From Candidatus Latescibacterota bacterium (GTDB lineage: Bacteria; Latescibacterota; UBA2968; UBA8231), in NCBI GenBank assembly GCA_965223905.1, contig CBDCXV010000002.1, positions 480,001 through 544,000 of the forward strand: DNA of 64,000 nucleotides, written 5' to 3'. The notes under the pieces are model-generated. The model did not search any database and was not told the origin of the DNA. It was given only the letters and a program-made list of their open reading frames with translations. The first letter of the stretch is position 1. Every line of letters starts with the position of its first letter. The translations under genes and the position numbers were made by a program. Below, in pieces: positions 35,580 through 46,451 of this stretch.

Positions 35580-36880
35580 CTAACCCATCAGTTCCTCCAT
35601 CATGCGGAATTCTTCCGCAAAACTCCCGCTTTCATCCGCATCGGCCTGCTCCCGAGCCAATTCCATGGCCCTTTCACGATCAACGGACTTCGGAATCAGC
35701 GCCAGAGCATACTTCCGAATATCCACCTCCTCCCGCTCCAGCAGCCGACGAAGGTCGATATAATCCAGCATTACTCCACAGTCCACGAGCCTTTCGATCG
35801 CGTCGCAGGTCTCCCCGACTCCACTATCCCCCTCAACTGCCTCAACAATCGCAGGGAGTACGGATTCCGTTCCCACGGTTCTCACCTTGCCATTCGCACA
35901 GTCGTCCAGATAACCTATTTCGCACTCAACTAGGAATCTGGGGAAGGTAGAGGTCAAGAACCCACTAGCCGTCCCAATAATCGTCTTTAGGCTAGCAACC
36001 GGCTCAATTGAGGCATCGTTCATCGTGACAAGATATGTTGGAATTCGCAACGCACACTGCCGACAGATATCTAGCAGATCCGGATCTCGGAGGGAGGTTC
36101 CGACAAAGATCGCCACATCCACATCCTTGGCAACATTTCGCAATTCTGTAGTCAAGTCAGGATACGGCGGCAAGGTAGTACGCTTTTCTCGCGTTGGAAG
36201 AATCATGGCGCTTCTCATTTTGGGGCCAACATACGATAGGTTATCAACAACCGAAAGGGCAAGATTCCCGTATAGAGGCATGGGGTGCCTTAGCTTGTAC
36301 ACGGCTCCATCGTCGCCCATATACCAGTCTGTTGAACCGTGCACTTTCAACAGTCTCAGCATGCCTTTCTGTGCGACATTCATTCCCCTCCACGTAGCAG
36401 TCTCCATTTCCCCAAACTCATAAAACCCGTCGTCAACCGGAGTCTCAAAACACCTACAGGCAATTTCGATGGCCCTATCGTAATTACTGGTCGCTATACA
36501 CAATTGGTGGTCCCCCATTTTCCTCACGACCACTCCCCAAAGACTTTTGGCGTGTACATCCCTAAGACGTTCACACACATGTTGGACAAACCACTCAGCC
36601 TCCCACCGCATCATCCGACTTGAGTTGAGGAGGTCTTCATCGACGGGGAAACCAAGTTTGCGATGGATGTCTTGCCCTTTCTCCAAACCTTCGACGGTCT
36701 CAATCAGCTCTTCCATGTCGTACTCCGATTGAGACAGCATTTGCTCCAACTTCTCAAGAACTCTTCCGGTCCATTCGAGGTTTGCCAAATGAGCATGGAA
36801 TTCCTCCACCATTCGACGCATTGCGGGAATACCTAGTTCTACCGAAGCACCCGCGCACCGGCAAAAAGCAGTATTTTCAA
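35580..36880 (-). pseudogene. SIR2-family protein with a helical C-terminus; +2 frameshift in the GAGAS motif
   Basis: TTG at 36880 'MKILLFAGA[cg]GASVELGIP'; 'ATSNYD', 'LKVHGS.DW', 'FVGTSLRD'. Confidence 0.85.
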
Positions 36881-38580
36881 CTTATTGTCTCCATCAAATA
36901 CTGCCGCCTAATGGGTCCCAGTTTCCCGGTCTTCTTCGGTGACTTTGACAGTATATTTGCGATCTGTTGGGCATGTTCCTTACCATACTCTTTACAGCCA
37001 ATCCACAGTCCAATGTGGCCTTCGTTTCTACGGCAAATGGTCCGTACGATCTCCTTCCCTCCTTCATGGTCAATGTTAATCCAGATCTCGTCGCCAACCG
37101 GGAGGAGTGCTGCCGCACCCTGTCCTAGCCGGACAAGCTGCACGTTCGGCTTGTGGTCAAATACGGTTGCAACAGCTTCGCGCCCAACGACATCATTGGC
37201 GACGGCTTCAACCTGAACTAGTCTTGGAAGGAGCCCCTGGAAGTGATTCACGAGCAAGTCCCCCGTAGACGCACCTACGAAACTGGTTTCCCGGAGGAAT
37301 TGCGGCTCTCGATCAACACCTTGGACTACAAGGTGACCGCTATTCCTAAGCACCCGGACGGCTTGTTGCGTTACTTGGTTCGCTCTTGCTAGATTTAGGG
37401 GCGCAATATAGAGCTCATCCTTTTCGAGCGCCTCTATATCCCGAATAGATACTTCACTGCTTTGTTGACCTGGCTCCAGGAGACGAAATGCTTTTCTGTG
37501 GCGAAACTCCTCATCCCATAGTCTTGCTACCTTTTCGTATGGGCCAGTGCGGGGGACCGCAAGCCATATGGTTACCCAACGGCGGAGAGACCAACTTCGT
37601 GTTGTCTCATCGCTTAGCACTTAGCGTACGCATTCAATCGCACGCTCAAGTACAGCAGGGTGATAAGATCTCAACACAGGTTCGAGTTCAGCCTGTAAGC
37701 TGTCGCCTACGAATCCCTCTCGATTGAGTTTGGGCCGAAAGTGCTTGGGATCAACATGAATTGCACCTTCTATCGCCCAGAGTTGCTTTATGGCAACGGA
37801 GGCAACGAATACACCGCGATAGAGGATGTCGACATGAGCAGAGCCGTCGAAACTGTCCCAAGAATTGAATAATACGGGTGGACCAACATGAGCAGTTTGT
37901 ATCCAATCTGGCGTCAACACTGAAATAGGCCTTATTTCTCTGCTGATTCCGCCTTGGTCGATTTGTTTTCCTCCAGGGTCCTCCGTTGCCGTTAGTCCCT
38001 CCACGTCGCGAATCCAATGTGGGAATTTTTCCACTATCTGTTCAAAGGCCGACTCTTTGTCCACGAACAATATCAGATCCGTTCCTTGTTCTTTCCTACG
38101 AGGCTCAAGGGAAATCGCTTTGGTCGTTGCGTCCAACATGCCCCGGTTGAACTCCAAGCCCAAGGACTCGTTACCCGGCTTCAGAGTAAAGAGCTGGAAT
38201 TGTTCGCAAACTAGGAAGTAACTCAGGACCCCGATCCCAAACTCACCCACGGCGTTGTATTCGCCCTCCGCGGCTTTCGCTGCGACCCTAGACGCAGAGG
38301 CCCCAATTCGAGAGAAGAGTTCCACCATCTGATCTCTCCCCATGCCATCGCCATTGTCCGAGATAGTTACAGTGCGTGATTGGCGATCAAAGACTACTGA
38401 AATCTGGGGATTGACCGATGGATCTGTGGCTTGCCTACGACCCACCGCGTCAATGGAGTTCAGAATCGCCTCCCGTATTGATGCGTCCACGCTCGAATAG
38501 AAGGTTTCTCCAGTAAAGAGCTCCAGGATCGACTCCTGGTCGATAGTAAACCTTGGCGGCCAATCCGTGGTAGCATTCAT
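36877..38580 (-). pseudogene. Hsp90-like GHKL ATPase protein split by one in-frame TAA (37621-37623)
   Basis: 'IREAILNSIDA', 'DNGDGM', 'GEFGIG', 'GT'; ORFs 37621-38580 and 36877-37620 abut in the same frame. Confidence 0.85.
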
Positions 38581-38719
38581 GTAATGACTCCTGAGGGCAT
38601 TGGCCCCTCTATCGAGTTCGTTAGGCGAAATGTCCGGTAGGCCGTTTTTTCCAGCCGTATGACGCTTGGGGCTTCAGACCGGCTCAGGACCATTCTCCCC
38701 CCTACCTCCACCTGCCAAC

Positions 38720-39330
38720 CCTCACCCATACACCACCTCCACCAACGCCCGCATATACCCGATCGCATACGCCTTCCCATGCAACGCCCCATATACCGGC
38801 CCAAAGGACGGGGTGTGGACTATAAGGTACGGTCCGTTGAATCCGTTGTCCCCGGTAGACCTCCATTTCCGGCCGCAAGTCCACCTCGCCCTCGGCGATG
38901 AAGACCTCGGGGAACCGCCGCAACTGGCCCCCGACGTTGCGGAAGTGTACCCAGGCTATCTGTCTTTGAGGCCATCTTTGCGATGGCGTCGTAGACCTTC
39001 TCCGGTCCCAGCAGCTCGGTCATGCAGCCCTGGCAAAAGAGCATTCAGCTGGTGTCGATCGGGGTGACTTGAAGAAGATTCGGCGGAACTGCACCAGGGA
39101 GGAACAGATCTGCGCCACGCCGGGAAGGGGGCTGGGGCATCGGCGGGTCGTCCGGGTGCAGGGCAATTCGCACGCCCGCTTTCTCGGGCGCGGGGACCGC
39201 AGCTGCCAGGAAGCGCTCCATGCGCTTCCACATCCGGGCCTCGTCCACGGGGGAATCGTGGGGCTCGGGCCGGTTCCAAGGGGCGGTTTTGAAGGTGGCT
39301 GATCCCCTTGGTACATTCCGCGTGAATCCC
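38720..39330 (-). pseudogene. uxuA: Mannonate dehydratase remnant (copy 1)
   Basis: 'AGVRIALHPDDPP', 'FCQG', 'VHFRNV', 'F..EGEVD', 'AYAIGYM' across frameshifts. Confidence 0.75.
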
Positions 39331-39457
39331 CGACTCCAAAGGGACACCTTTCTTACGGGACTGCTCACCTTCGACAGAATGCGTATCTGAGCAGCGGGGC
39401 AGAGGATCCTTCCCTTTGCCCTCCCCACTCTCGTCGTCTTAGGCCAAGCGCGCGCCC

Positions 39458-39992
39458 ATGGACTTCTATGAGGCCGCCGCAGACCTCTACGACCACACCT
39501 TCGGACGGGCCGAGTTGGAGGGCGAGCGCGGTGACGTGGCTTTCTATGTACAGGAGGCTCGGCAGGCCAGGTTTTCGCCGGTCCTGGAGCTGGCCTGCGG
39601 CACCGGGCGGGTCCTGATCCCGATCGCCCATGCCGGGGTGCCGGTGGTGGGCTTGGACAGCTCGCCGGTGATGCTCTCGGCGGCCCGGAAGAAGGTCGCC
39701 CGGCTCCGGGAAGCGACGCGACAGCGCATCGAGCTGGTCGCCCTCGTCATCATTCCCTTCCGCTCTTTCCTGCACCTGATGACCCCGGCCGACCAGCGCC
39801 GGGCCCTGGGCCGGATCCGCGACCACCTGACCGAAGACGGCCGCCTCGTGTTCAACATCTTCGACCCGCGGCTGGACATGATCGCCTCCCATCTCGGGAC
39901 ACCGCGGGCTCGCCGTGGAGGCGCTCTACGGCGGCTTTGACCGCGGGCCCTTCCGCCACGGCGGCGAGCAGGTCTGGGTAGCGCGGAGGGGG
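39458..39992 (+). pseudogene. Internally deleted copy of the SAM methyltransferase at 40943
   Basis: Near-identical start and end, with two internal deletions. Confidence 0.88.
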
Positions 39993-40008
39993 CACTTGGT
40001 TGCTGACT

Positions 40009-40464
40009 TCAAGCCCCAGATGGATAGGGGAAGAATGAGTCCGATACCTTTACCTCGAATGAAAGATGGTTTTCTTGCGGAGAGTAGACCATCTTCCAAT
40101 TGCTCAGAATGTCACGGCCCAGGAGCGAAGGATACTGCATGTACTCTTCCAAGGGTTCCAGGAACAGAATGGGCAACTGGTATACGTAGATCTTGCTGCT
40201 GCCGCCAAAACACAGAATGGCCGGTTCTTCATATGCCCTCGCCTCTCCTCCAATTCCAGTGATCCCTTGTGGATTCTCCAGCGCACCATAATCGACTCCG
40301 ATCCTGTGCCCATCGTTCGGAGCTATCGTAGTGACAGAAGCCCCGGTATCGACCAGAAATGATATATCGCTTGGGGGTACGTTGGGAAATTGGCTCTCGA
40401 TCGAGATAACACTCTCAACATAGGGGCTTTGCGATGTGTCTCCATACCTACCGGAGATCGCCAT
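40009..40464 (-). CDS. Retropepsin-like aspartyl protease
   Basis: 'FLVDTGAS.T' and 'LLGRDIL'. Confidence 0.85.
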   Translation of the reverse strand: MAISGRYGDTSQSPYVESVISIESQFPNVPPSDISFLVDTGASVTTIAPNDGHRIGVDYGALENPQGITGIGGEARAYEEPAILCFGGSSKIYVYQLPILFLEPLEEYMQYPSLLGRDILSNWKMVYSPQENHLSFEVKVSDSFFPYPSGA

Positions 40465-40474
40465 ATTGGCACCA

Positions 40475-40744
40475 TCACAGAATCATGGTACGAGGCTCGG
40501 ACTCGATATACCTGATGATGGCTTGCGCCCGAGAGTACCCTCCTGCATCCAGGGCCTGCAAGACGGACTCGAATGTCGGGCCATGTGCCCGCACCTTTCC
40601 CGAGTGAATCCCGATCCACTCATCCGGGTATTCCTCGATCATGCGAGGATTCTCCGATGACAGCAGGGTCACACTCTCGCGGTAAGCCTCCATTTGCTCG
40701 GCGATCTTGCCAGGATCGCCGATGATTTTCTCAACATCTGCCAT
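40475..40744 (-). CDS. DUF5678-like small protein
   Basis: 'EEYPDEWIGIHSGKV.A.G.....VL'; GGAG RBS; directly upstream of the protease. Confidence 0.65.
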   Translation of the reverse strand: MADVEKIIGDPGKIAEQMEAYRESVTLLSSENPRMIEEYPDEWIGIHSGKVRAHGPTFESVLQALDAGGYSRAQAIIRYIESEPRTMIL

Positions 40745-40942
40745 TTGGTGCTCTCCCTTGGTGCGGGGTCTATGGTTTCTGGTTTTCTTCTATTCCAAAC
40801 GAGCGCCGGCCCGAATGTACGGGTCATGGATGACCGGTCAATTCAGCGCCGGATCACAGCGCAACTCGTCGCTGTCATTGTCGTCCTTTTTGCACTCCCC
40901 ACTCTCGTCGCCTTAGGCCAAGCGGGCTCAGCAGCACCGCCC

Positions 40943-41752
40943 ATGGACTTCTACGAGGCCGCCGCGAACCTCTACGACCACACCCTCGGGCGGGCCGAGC
41001 TGGAGGGCGAGCGCGGCGACGTGGCCTTCTATGTACAGGAGGCCCGGCAGGCCGGGTCGCCGGTCCTGGAGCTGGCCTGCGGCACCGGGCGCGTCCTGAT
41101 CCCGATCGCCCATGCCGGGGTGCCGGTGGTGGGCTTGGACAGCTCGCCGGCGATGCTCGCCACGGCCCGGAAGAAGGTCGCCCGGCTCCGCGAAGCGACG
41201 CGGCAGTGCATCGAGCTGGTCGAGGGGGACATGCGCTCCTTCTCCCTCGACCGGCGCTTCGACCTCGTCATCATCCCCTTCCGGTCGTTCCTGCACCTGA
41301 TGACCCCGGCCGACCAGCGCCGGGCCCTGGGCCGCATCCGCGAGCACCTGACCGACGACGGCCGCCTGGTGTTCAACATCTTCGACCCTCGGCTGGACAT
41401 GATCGCTTCCCATCTCGGACACCGCGGCCACCCCCTGGAGAAAGAGAGCGAGTTCACCCATCCGGAAACGGGGCGGCAGGTGGTCGAATGGGTGAGGCGC
41501 CGCTACGACGCGGCGAACCAGACGATCGACGAGGAGCGGATCCTCGAGGAGCTGGACGGCGGACAGGTCGTTTCCAGGACCCCTGCGACGCTCGCCCTGC
41601 GCTGGGTCTACCGCTACGAGATGGAGCACCTCCTGGAGCTTAGCGGCTTCGCCGTGGAGGCGCTCTACGGCGGCTTCGACCGCGGACCCTTCCACCACGG
41701 CGGCGAGCAGGTCTGGGTAGCGCGGAGGGCGTCAAGCCCACCCTGCCGGTGA
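40943..41752 (+). CDS. Class I SAM-dependent methyltransferase
   Basis: 'VLELACGTGR', 'GLDSS..ML', 'GDMR.F.L..RFDLV'. Confidence 0.9.
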   Translation: MDFYEAAANLYDHTLGRAELEGERGDVAFYVQEARQAGSPVLELACGTGRVLIPIAHAGVPVVGLDSSPAMLATARKKVARLREATRQCIELVEGDMRSFSLDRRFDLVIIPFRSFLHLMTPADQRRALGRIREHLTDDGRLVFNIFDPRLDMIASHLGHRGHPLEKESEFTHPETGRQVVEWVRRRYDAANQTIDEERILEELDGGQVVSRTPATLALRWVYRYEMEHLLELSGFAVEALYGGFDRGPFHHGGEQVWVARRASSPPCR

Positions 41753-41784
41753 ACTGACCTCTCCCATCGCATCAAGGTCGGCTA

Positions 41785-41990
41785 AGGGGCCGCCTATTTC
41801 GGCTTGGCGGCCGTGGAGTCGATGGTGCAGATCTACCTGTTCAACTTCAACAAGTCGTCTTCGGGTTGCCGGCGCTCTACACCGGCCTGGCGCTGGCCCT
41901 GGCCATTGTCTGGGATGCCGTCAGGGACCCCATCATTGGGGGAATCTCCGACTGTTCCCCGCTGGGCTGCCGCCACCGGGGCCCCCGCCT
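41785..41990 (+). pseudogene. GPH/MFS sugar transporter N-terminal fragment
   Basis: 'GLALALAIVWDAV.DPIIG.ISD'. Confidence 0.55.
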
Positions 41991-42031
41991 GCTGGCCGGT
42001 TTCTTCCGTTCTGGACTGGGCGCCCGAAGGA

Positions 42032-42225
42032 CTATCGCTGCCCAACCTCTGGAACCGATAACCTCCGACATATCCGGCGGGCAAGGTGGTTGGCTATTTC
42101 ACCATGGCGAGGAACGGTCTCGACGGCACCAGTATTGGGGTTGCACCACAGCGAATGAGAGCGCCTTCCCGTTTGAGGTAACAACCGTGCCTCCGAAGGT
42201 GGCGAAGCAAACTGCCCCGTTTCAC
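42032..42225 (-). pseudogene. hicA: HicA toxin with a 1-nt deletion
   Basis: 'VKRGSLLRHLRRHGC.LKREG / SHSLWCNPNTG....VPRH.EI...LAR.ICR.L'; GTGA overlap with hicB. Confidence 0.85.
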
Positions 42226-42437
42226 GGGACAGTGATCATTTCTCGGATGGCGTCAGCCGGCACACCGCGCAACCCCTCCTCCCGACGGTCCTCAAGGATG
42301 AGCGCTACGGCCTCAGCCAGATTCTCGCGTGCTTCCTCCTTGGTTTTGCCCTGACCGTTTGCCCCGGGGATCTCGGGGCAATAGGCGATATGCCATTCCC
42401 CATCCTGCTCGATAATCGCCGTAAACTCGTTTTTCAT
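42222..42437 (-). CDS. hicB: HicB antitoxin
   Basis: 'FTAIIEQDG.W.IAYCPEIPGANGQGKT.EEA..NL.EA'. Confidence 0.9.
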   Translation of the reverse strand: MKNEFTAIIEQDGEWHIAYCPEIPGANGQGKTKEEARENLAEAVALILEDRREEGLRGVPADAIREMITVP

Positions 42438-42503
42438 TGTGTGTTTCCACCCTCTTTGTCTTGCGTATTGCCTTCGGATGACAGTAGGCTCACCCGCTAA
42501 ATC

Positions 42504-43006
42504 TTAGGAATAATCCTGAGCCCACTCGTCCTTAATACTTAGCGTGCTGCACATTGCAATCCGCATTGCGTTGTTCATCACACGACAACGTTCAAGATTT
42601 CTCTCGATTTCAACCAACTCGGTGAGCAATCCCATACGCCCTTCGGTCGACTCAAGCCCGGAATTACGCTCTAGAAAGAAGCGATGGACCAGATAGTTCC
42701 GCTGATCTAGGGCGGTGGAAAACCCTTCCTCAACAGAATCTTCCTTGATCGTTACACGTTGTCGCACTTTGTTGAGAAGTTGCCCCATGGTCATCTTTTT
42801 GCCAAGGTCATCGATACTTAATGAATCTGAGGCGATCTGTTGTACATTTTCAAGAATCTCGTGAGGCTTTGTTCAAATAGTTGAGAATGCTGGACAGCAG
42901 AGCCAAAGCACGCGAAGACTGCATTGAGTTGCCCTTCTTCAGTCTCCAGTATCTTGAGTGACTCGGTGGTGTATCCGCGTTGCATATTATCGATTCCCTT
43001 TTTCAT
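42504..43006 (-). pseudogene. HEPN-like (RxxxxH) protein, frameshifted near 42838
   Basis: 'G.AV..SQLFEQ.L', 'TMGQL', 'RNYLVH'. Confidence 0.6.
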
Positions 43007-43131
43007 CTTTTAGCATCCTCCAACTCTATTTTGCCACTCTTGGATCCTCGGTGCGTGATCAGGAGCAAGATTGGTCGGTGGGGTTCCAAGGGCATGGCAT
43101 GGACGTAGGCGCCTGACAGCTGCCCAAGGGT

Positions 43132-43772
43132 TCAGGTTTCTGGGGAATTTGGGCAGGAGAGTCCGCAATGTGACCCGAGAATCGAACTGACGACATTGTG
43201 CAGATCTTGAAAGTGGGTGAAATACTCAAAGGTGGCGTTTTGAAGGACGTGGTTGGCGAAATCAGCCTTCCGGTTTTTTGGGAACTCACGTCCCAGCAAC
43301 CTGCCGTCGTTGTCCACCTTGCTGATCGAGATTGGCTCCAAGATCCTCTCGTCATAGGTATTCTCGATGCCGTTGCGGGCGATCACGTTGTCTTGTCGCC
43401 TCCTGAACGCGAACGGTGTGACCTTGGCAGCACCGGGCAGTTCCTTGCGCAAGTTATCCGCCTGGTCCGCGGCGTCACCATCCCACACGATTACAAAGTG
43501 CGTGTTCGTGTTCATCCTTCCGAGCAGCCGGCCGTATGCGAGTAACTGGCTGGCGCTGCTGTGTTGAGAAAGATCTTCGAAAACATGGACATTCTGTGGA
43601 AAACTCAACTGCACCCATTTCTTGAGGTGCCGGGCGTTATGTCCCTCAGTCAGTATAGTCACCTTCGCTTCGTCGTACGCTGCGATCCTTAGTCCCAGGT
43701 CCACCGTTGCGAGGCCTTCTGAAAGTTCGTTGATGGCTTCCGACTTGGTGGTGCGAGCGACGTTGAGGCGGG
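43132..43772 (-). pseudogene. TOPRIM domain (OLD-like) 3' fragment
   Basis: 'ILTEG', 'VWDGD', 'GIEN', 'K..FA'; the 5' part is replaced by the M48 duplicate. Confidence 0.6.
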
Positions 43773-44313
43773 GTGGATCGTGAAGCGGCTCCGGGGGGTG
43801 GAGTCGGGGGATCCTCCTCCGCCGCGGGAGTTTGTCAGCGGCGAGAGCGTGATGTACCTGGGGCGTCACTACCGACTGAAGGTTGATTCCAGCGGGACTG
43901 GGGAGGCGAAGCTGCGCGGCGGCTGGCTGGACGTGCCGGCGCCGGCGGGGGAGGGGCAGCGGGATCATGTGCGAGCGGCTCTAGTGGGGTGGCTGCGGCG
44001 GCACGCCGCGGAGCGGCTGCCGGAACGGGTGGAGGCGTGGCGGTCTAAGGCCGGGGTGGCGATGCCTCGGGTGGTTATCGCGGACCAGCAGAAGCGGTGG
44101 GGGAGCTGCGACCGCAGCGGGACCATTCGGCTGAACTGGCGGATCATCCAGGCCCCGATGCGTCTGGTGGACTACGTGGTCGTCCACGAGCTGGTACACC
44201 TGCGCCATCGGGGCCACGACCGCGACTACTGGCAGGCGCTCGGGCGGATCATGCCGGACTATGAGCGCCGCCGCGAGGATCTGCGGCAACGGGGGGTGGG
44301 GTTGGCGTGGTAG
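43773..44313 (+). pseudogene. Duplicated 3' three-quarters of the M48/YgjP gene (copy of 34958-35498)
   Basis: Colinear high identity with many substitutions; no N-terminus. Confidence 0.92.
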
Positions 44314-44578
44314 CGTCGTCGAGGGTGAGGGCCCGGTAGTTGGCGGCTAGGTCTGAGCCGCCATAACCATGCGAGGTAAGGTACGAGCTCAAGCCTCGCG
44401 GAAGCCCGAGGGTGCGGTCCGTGCCTCCCCTCTCTCTGTAGCAGGTGGGGGCGGTCGATCTGCGGCAGAGAGTCACAGTGGGTATCCTAGGCTCCGGTGA
44501 AGCCGGGGCGCCCGGTGGTCCTTGCTGGTTAGGGCTGGATGTCGGGAGCTACAGTACGGGGCTATTGGCCTTAGAGGA

Positions 44579-44977
44579 TTACGGCCGTGGCATCCATGAT
44601 GCCGCATTAGCAAGCGCCTGCAAATGCTCATTCACTTTATCGGGATCATTCATATCCGCGCAGGGCAACCGAACATCAGCATGGTAGGGATTGCAGCATG
44701 TGGGGGATGCAACTACGCATCGCCCGTCTTGAGATGCGATTTCCGCTTTCACCACAGCCCATCCCCGGAAGTTCCTGCCTCGCATCCTGTCCCTCTTGTC
44801 AGCGATTGAGGCAACCTCGTCAATCCACGAGTCGCACAAGCGGTCGAACGATACGCCGCCTTCGTCTAACCTAAAATCCCTATGGCGAAAAATCCCCCTC
44901 CTTGCCTTTCTCGCGCTCGAGTCGGAAGCGATACTCCGGCCCAATTTGCAATCCCCGCTGATGTCCTTTGTCACCAT
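44579..44977 (-). CDS. Small ADP-ribosyltransferase/RES-fold-like protein (cassette B gene 3)
   Basis: 'LGRS ... DF ... VSFDR ... NPYHADV'; ATGGTGA 7-nt overlap with the upstream gene; the fold call is inference. Confidence 0.55.
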   Translation of the reverse strand: MVTKDISGDCKLGRSIASDSSARKARRGIFRHRDFRLDEGGVSFDRLCDSWIDEVASIADKRDRMRGRNFRGWAVVKAEIASQDGRCVVASPTCCNPYHADVRLPCADMNDPDKVNEHLQALANAASWMPRP

Positions 44978-45804
44978 GTCCATCCATCGGTCATTTCATC
45001 CAGTCTCAACAAAGCCATGCGAAGAAAACCATCGGGCAGTTGGCCCGACTCCTCCGGCGTATAGGATCTGCTACGTTCGGGAATCCCTGGGACATCAACA
45101 AGGCAAAGTGCCCCTCCGTTTGACCTGCATAACAGAATCACTGAACTGCCTCTTCTGTTCGGAAGGCTAATGGCAATCTCTCGATCATGAGTAGTGTATA
45201 TGTCATATTGCCTGGGGAGGATGTCGAACATCTCTCTGAGCAGGCGATCGGCGTTTGTCTTTGCCAAGTCCGAAGGAAGCTCGAAACCTTCTTCTAATGC
45301 GTCCTTGTCGACTTCGTTCAATTCATCCAAGAGTTCCTGGAATCGGCTATCTGTCTCGGAGGGCCTGGAAGACTCCACAAAAGCCCAAATAGGGACAAGC
45401 GGCTTGTTCAAATCGCCATAGACTGTATGTCTGCCTCTACGAGAATTGCAACCTGCGAATGTGCTGTAAGCAGCGCGCCCTACTTCGGGCGTAGAGGAAA
45501 CGTCAAGATAGCCAGAGGAATCTTTCCAAAAAGCAAGCGAGAACTGCTCTCTGCCCTGATCCCAGGCGCTGGTGTGGGGATTATTTCTGAAAAACTGCTC
45601 TTGCCCCTGTCTCCATTTCTCCAATATGGAAAGGTTCTCCAGGAGGACAGCATCGGTCGTTCCAGTTTCCTGATTCTCGTCCCCCTGTTCCCAAGTCGTC
45701 CAGCCAGCAGTGTCAGGATCAGCCATAGGGTTCCGTGGTGCACGGAACAATGCTCGATCCCGTGTTGGTGTCCGGGGCTTAGAAGCGGCTTGAGTCATTT
45801 CCAT
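44971..45804 (-). CDS. Hypothetical antitoxin-like protein (cassette B gene 2)
   Basis: Polar N-terminus and core 'LDEL...A.EEG...PS..A..NA..LL.....DIY...D.EIAI'. Confidence 0.55.
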   Translation of the reverse strand: MEMTQAASKPRTPTRDRALFRAPRNPMADPDTAGWTTWEQGDENQETGTTDAVLLENLSILEKWRQGQEQFFRNNPHTSAWDQGREQFSLAFWKDSSGYLDVSSTPEVGRAAYSTFAGCNSRRGRHTVYGDLNKPLVPIWAFVESSRPSETDSRFQELLDELNEVDKDALEEGFELPSDLAKTNADRLLREMFDILPRQYDIYTTHDREIAISLPNRRGSSVILLCRSNGGALCLVDVPGIPERSRSYTPEESGQLPDGFLRMALLRLDEMTDGWTW

Positions 45805-46451
45805 TGGTCAAAACAATCGATGAAGTCAAAAGTATTCTTCCACACTTCAGCAAATCGACTATTCAAATCCAAGTGGTCGCGGATCTCTTCTGTGTCGAGA
45901 TGGACATTCGTGCTAATGAAGATTTTTGGAGTTTCAAGGTCTTGGAGGCGAGGCTCGATGGTAACGATGAACTTTCTATTTCTATCGTCCCCTGTATAGT
46001 ACATCTTGCATCCACCACCAGAAAGCTCCCAGTCCTTGAAAGACTCTCTCTTAGGAAAGATCCGCGAGGCGATATAGAGGCCGGCCGGCGAGCGTACCTC
46101 ATTAACTTGGGCAGGGGTATACACAACCTCCATGTTGAATCCAATCGCCGTAAGTGGCTGACTTTCGAGGTCGTCGGTATAGGACATTGCCTTTGTGGCG
46201 ACATCTACTAATTGGGCAAGGTCTTCGTCCGAAGATAGATAGTCTCTTTGAACAATCGACCGCTCGCTGGATAAATCCAGCGAGATCCTATGCTTGTTGA
46301 TGATATGATTTCTTGAGCCGCCGGTCACAATGGTGGTCAATTCATCATCAATGGAAAACTGAAACTGCCTTTGTTGCTCCGGTGTATTGAGTAGGTCTAT
46401 CCCCAAAAGCACCATGTTTACCCTTATCACTTCAAATGGAGAACTGTCCAT
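45795..46451 (-). CDS. Hypothetical protein, remote TIGR04255-like (cassette B gene 1)
   Basis: GAAGGA RBS before ATG 46451; 'NMVLL', 'AIGFN', 'VTIEP', 'TNVH'. Confidence 0.55.
   Translation of the reverse strand: MDSSPFEVIRVNMVLLGIDLLNTPEQQRQFQFSIDDELTTIVTGGSRNHIINKHRISLDLSSERSIVQRDYLSSDEDLAQLVDVATKAMSYTDDLESQPLTAIGFNMEVVYTPAQVNEVRSPAGLYIASRIFPKRESFKDWELSGGGCKMYYTGDDRNRKFIVTIEPRLQDLETPKIFISTNVHLDTEEIRDHLDLNSRFAEVWKNTFDFIDCFDQWK

Noticed and set aside
43132-43968. 278-aa ORF as an intact gene or retron effector
   Set aside because: Its N-terminus is antisense M48 DNA; no reverse transcriptase is present
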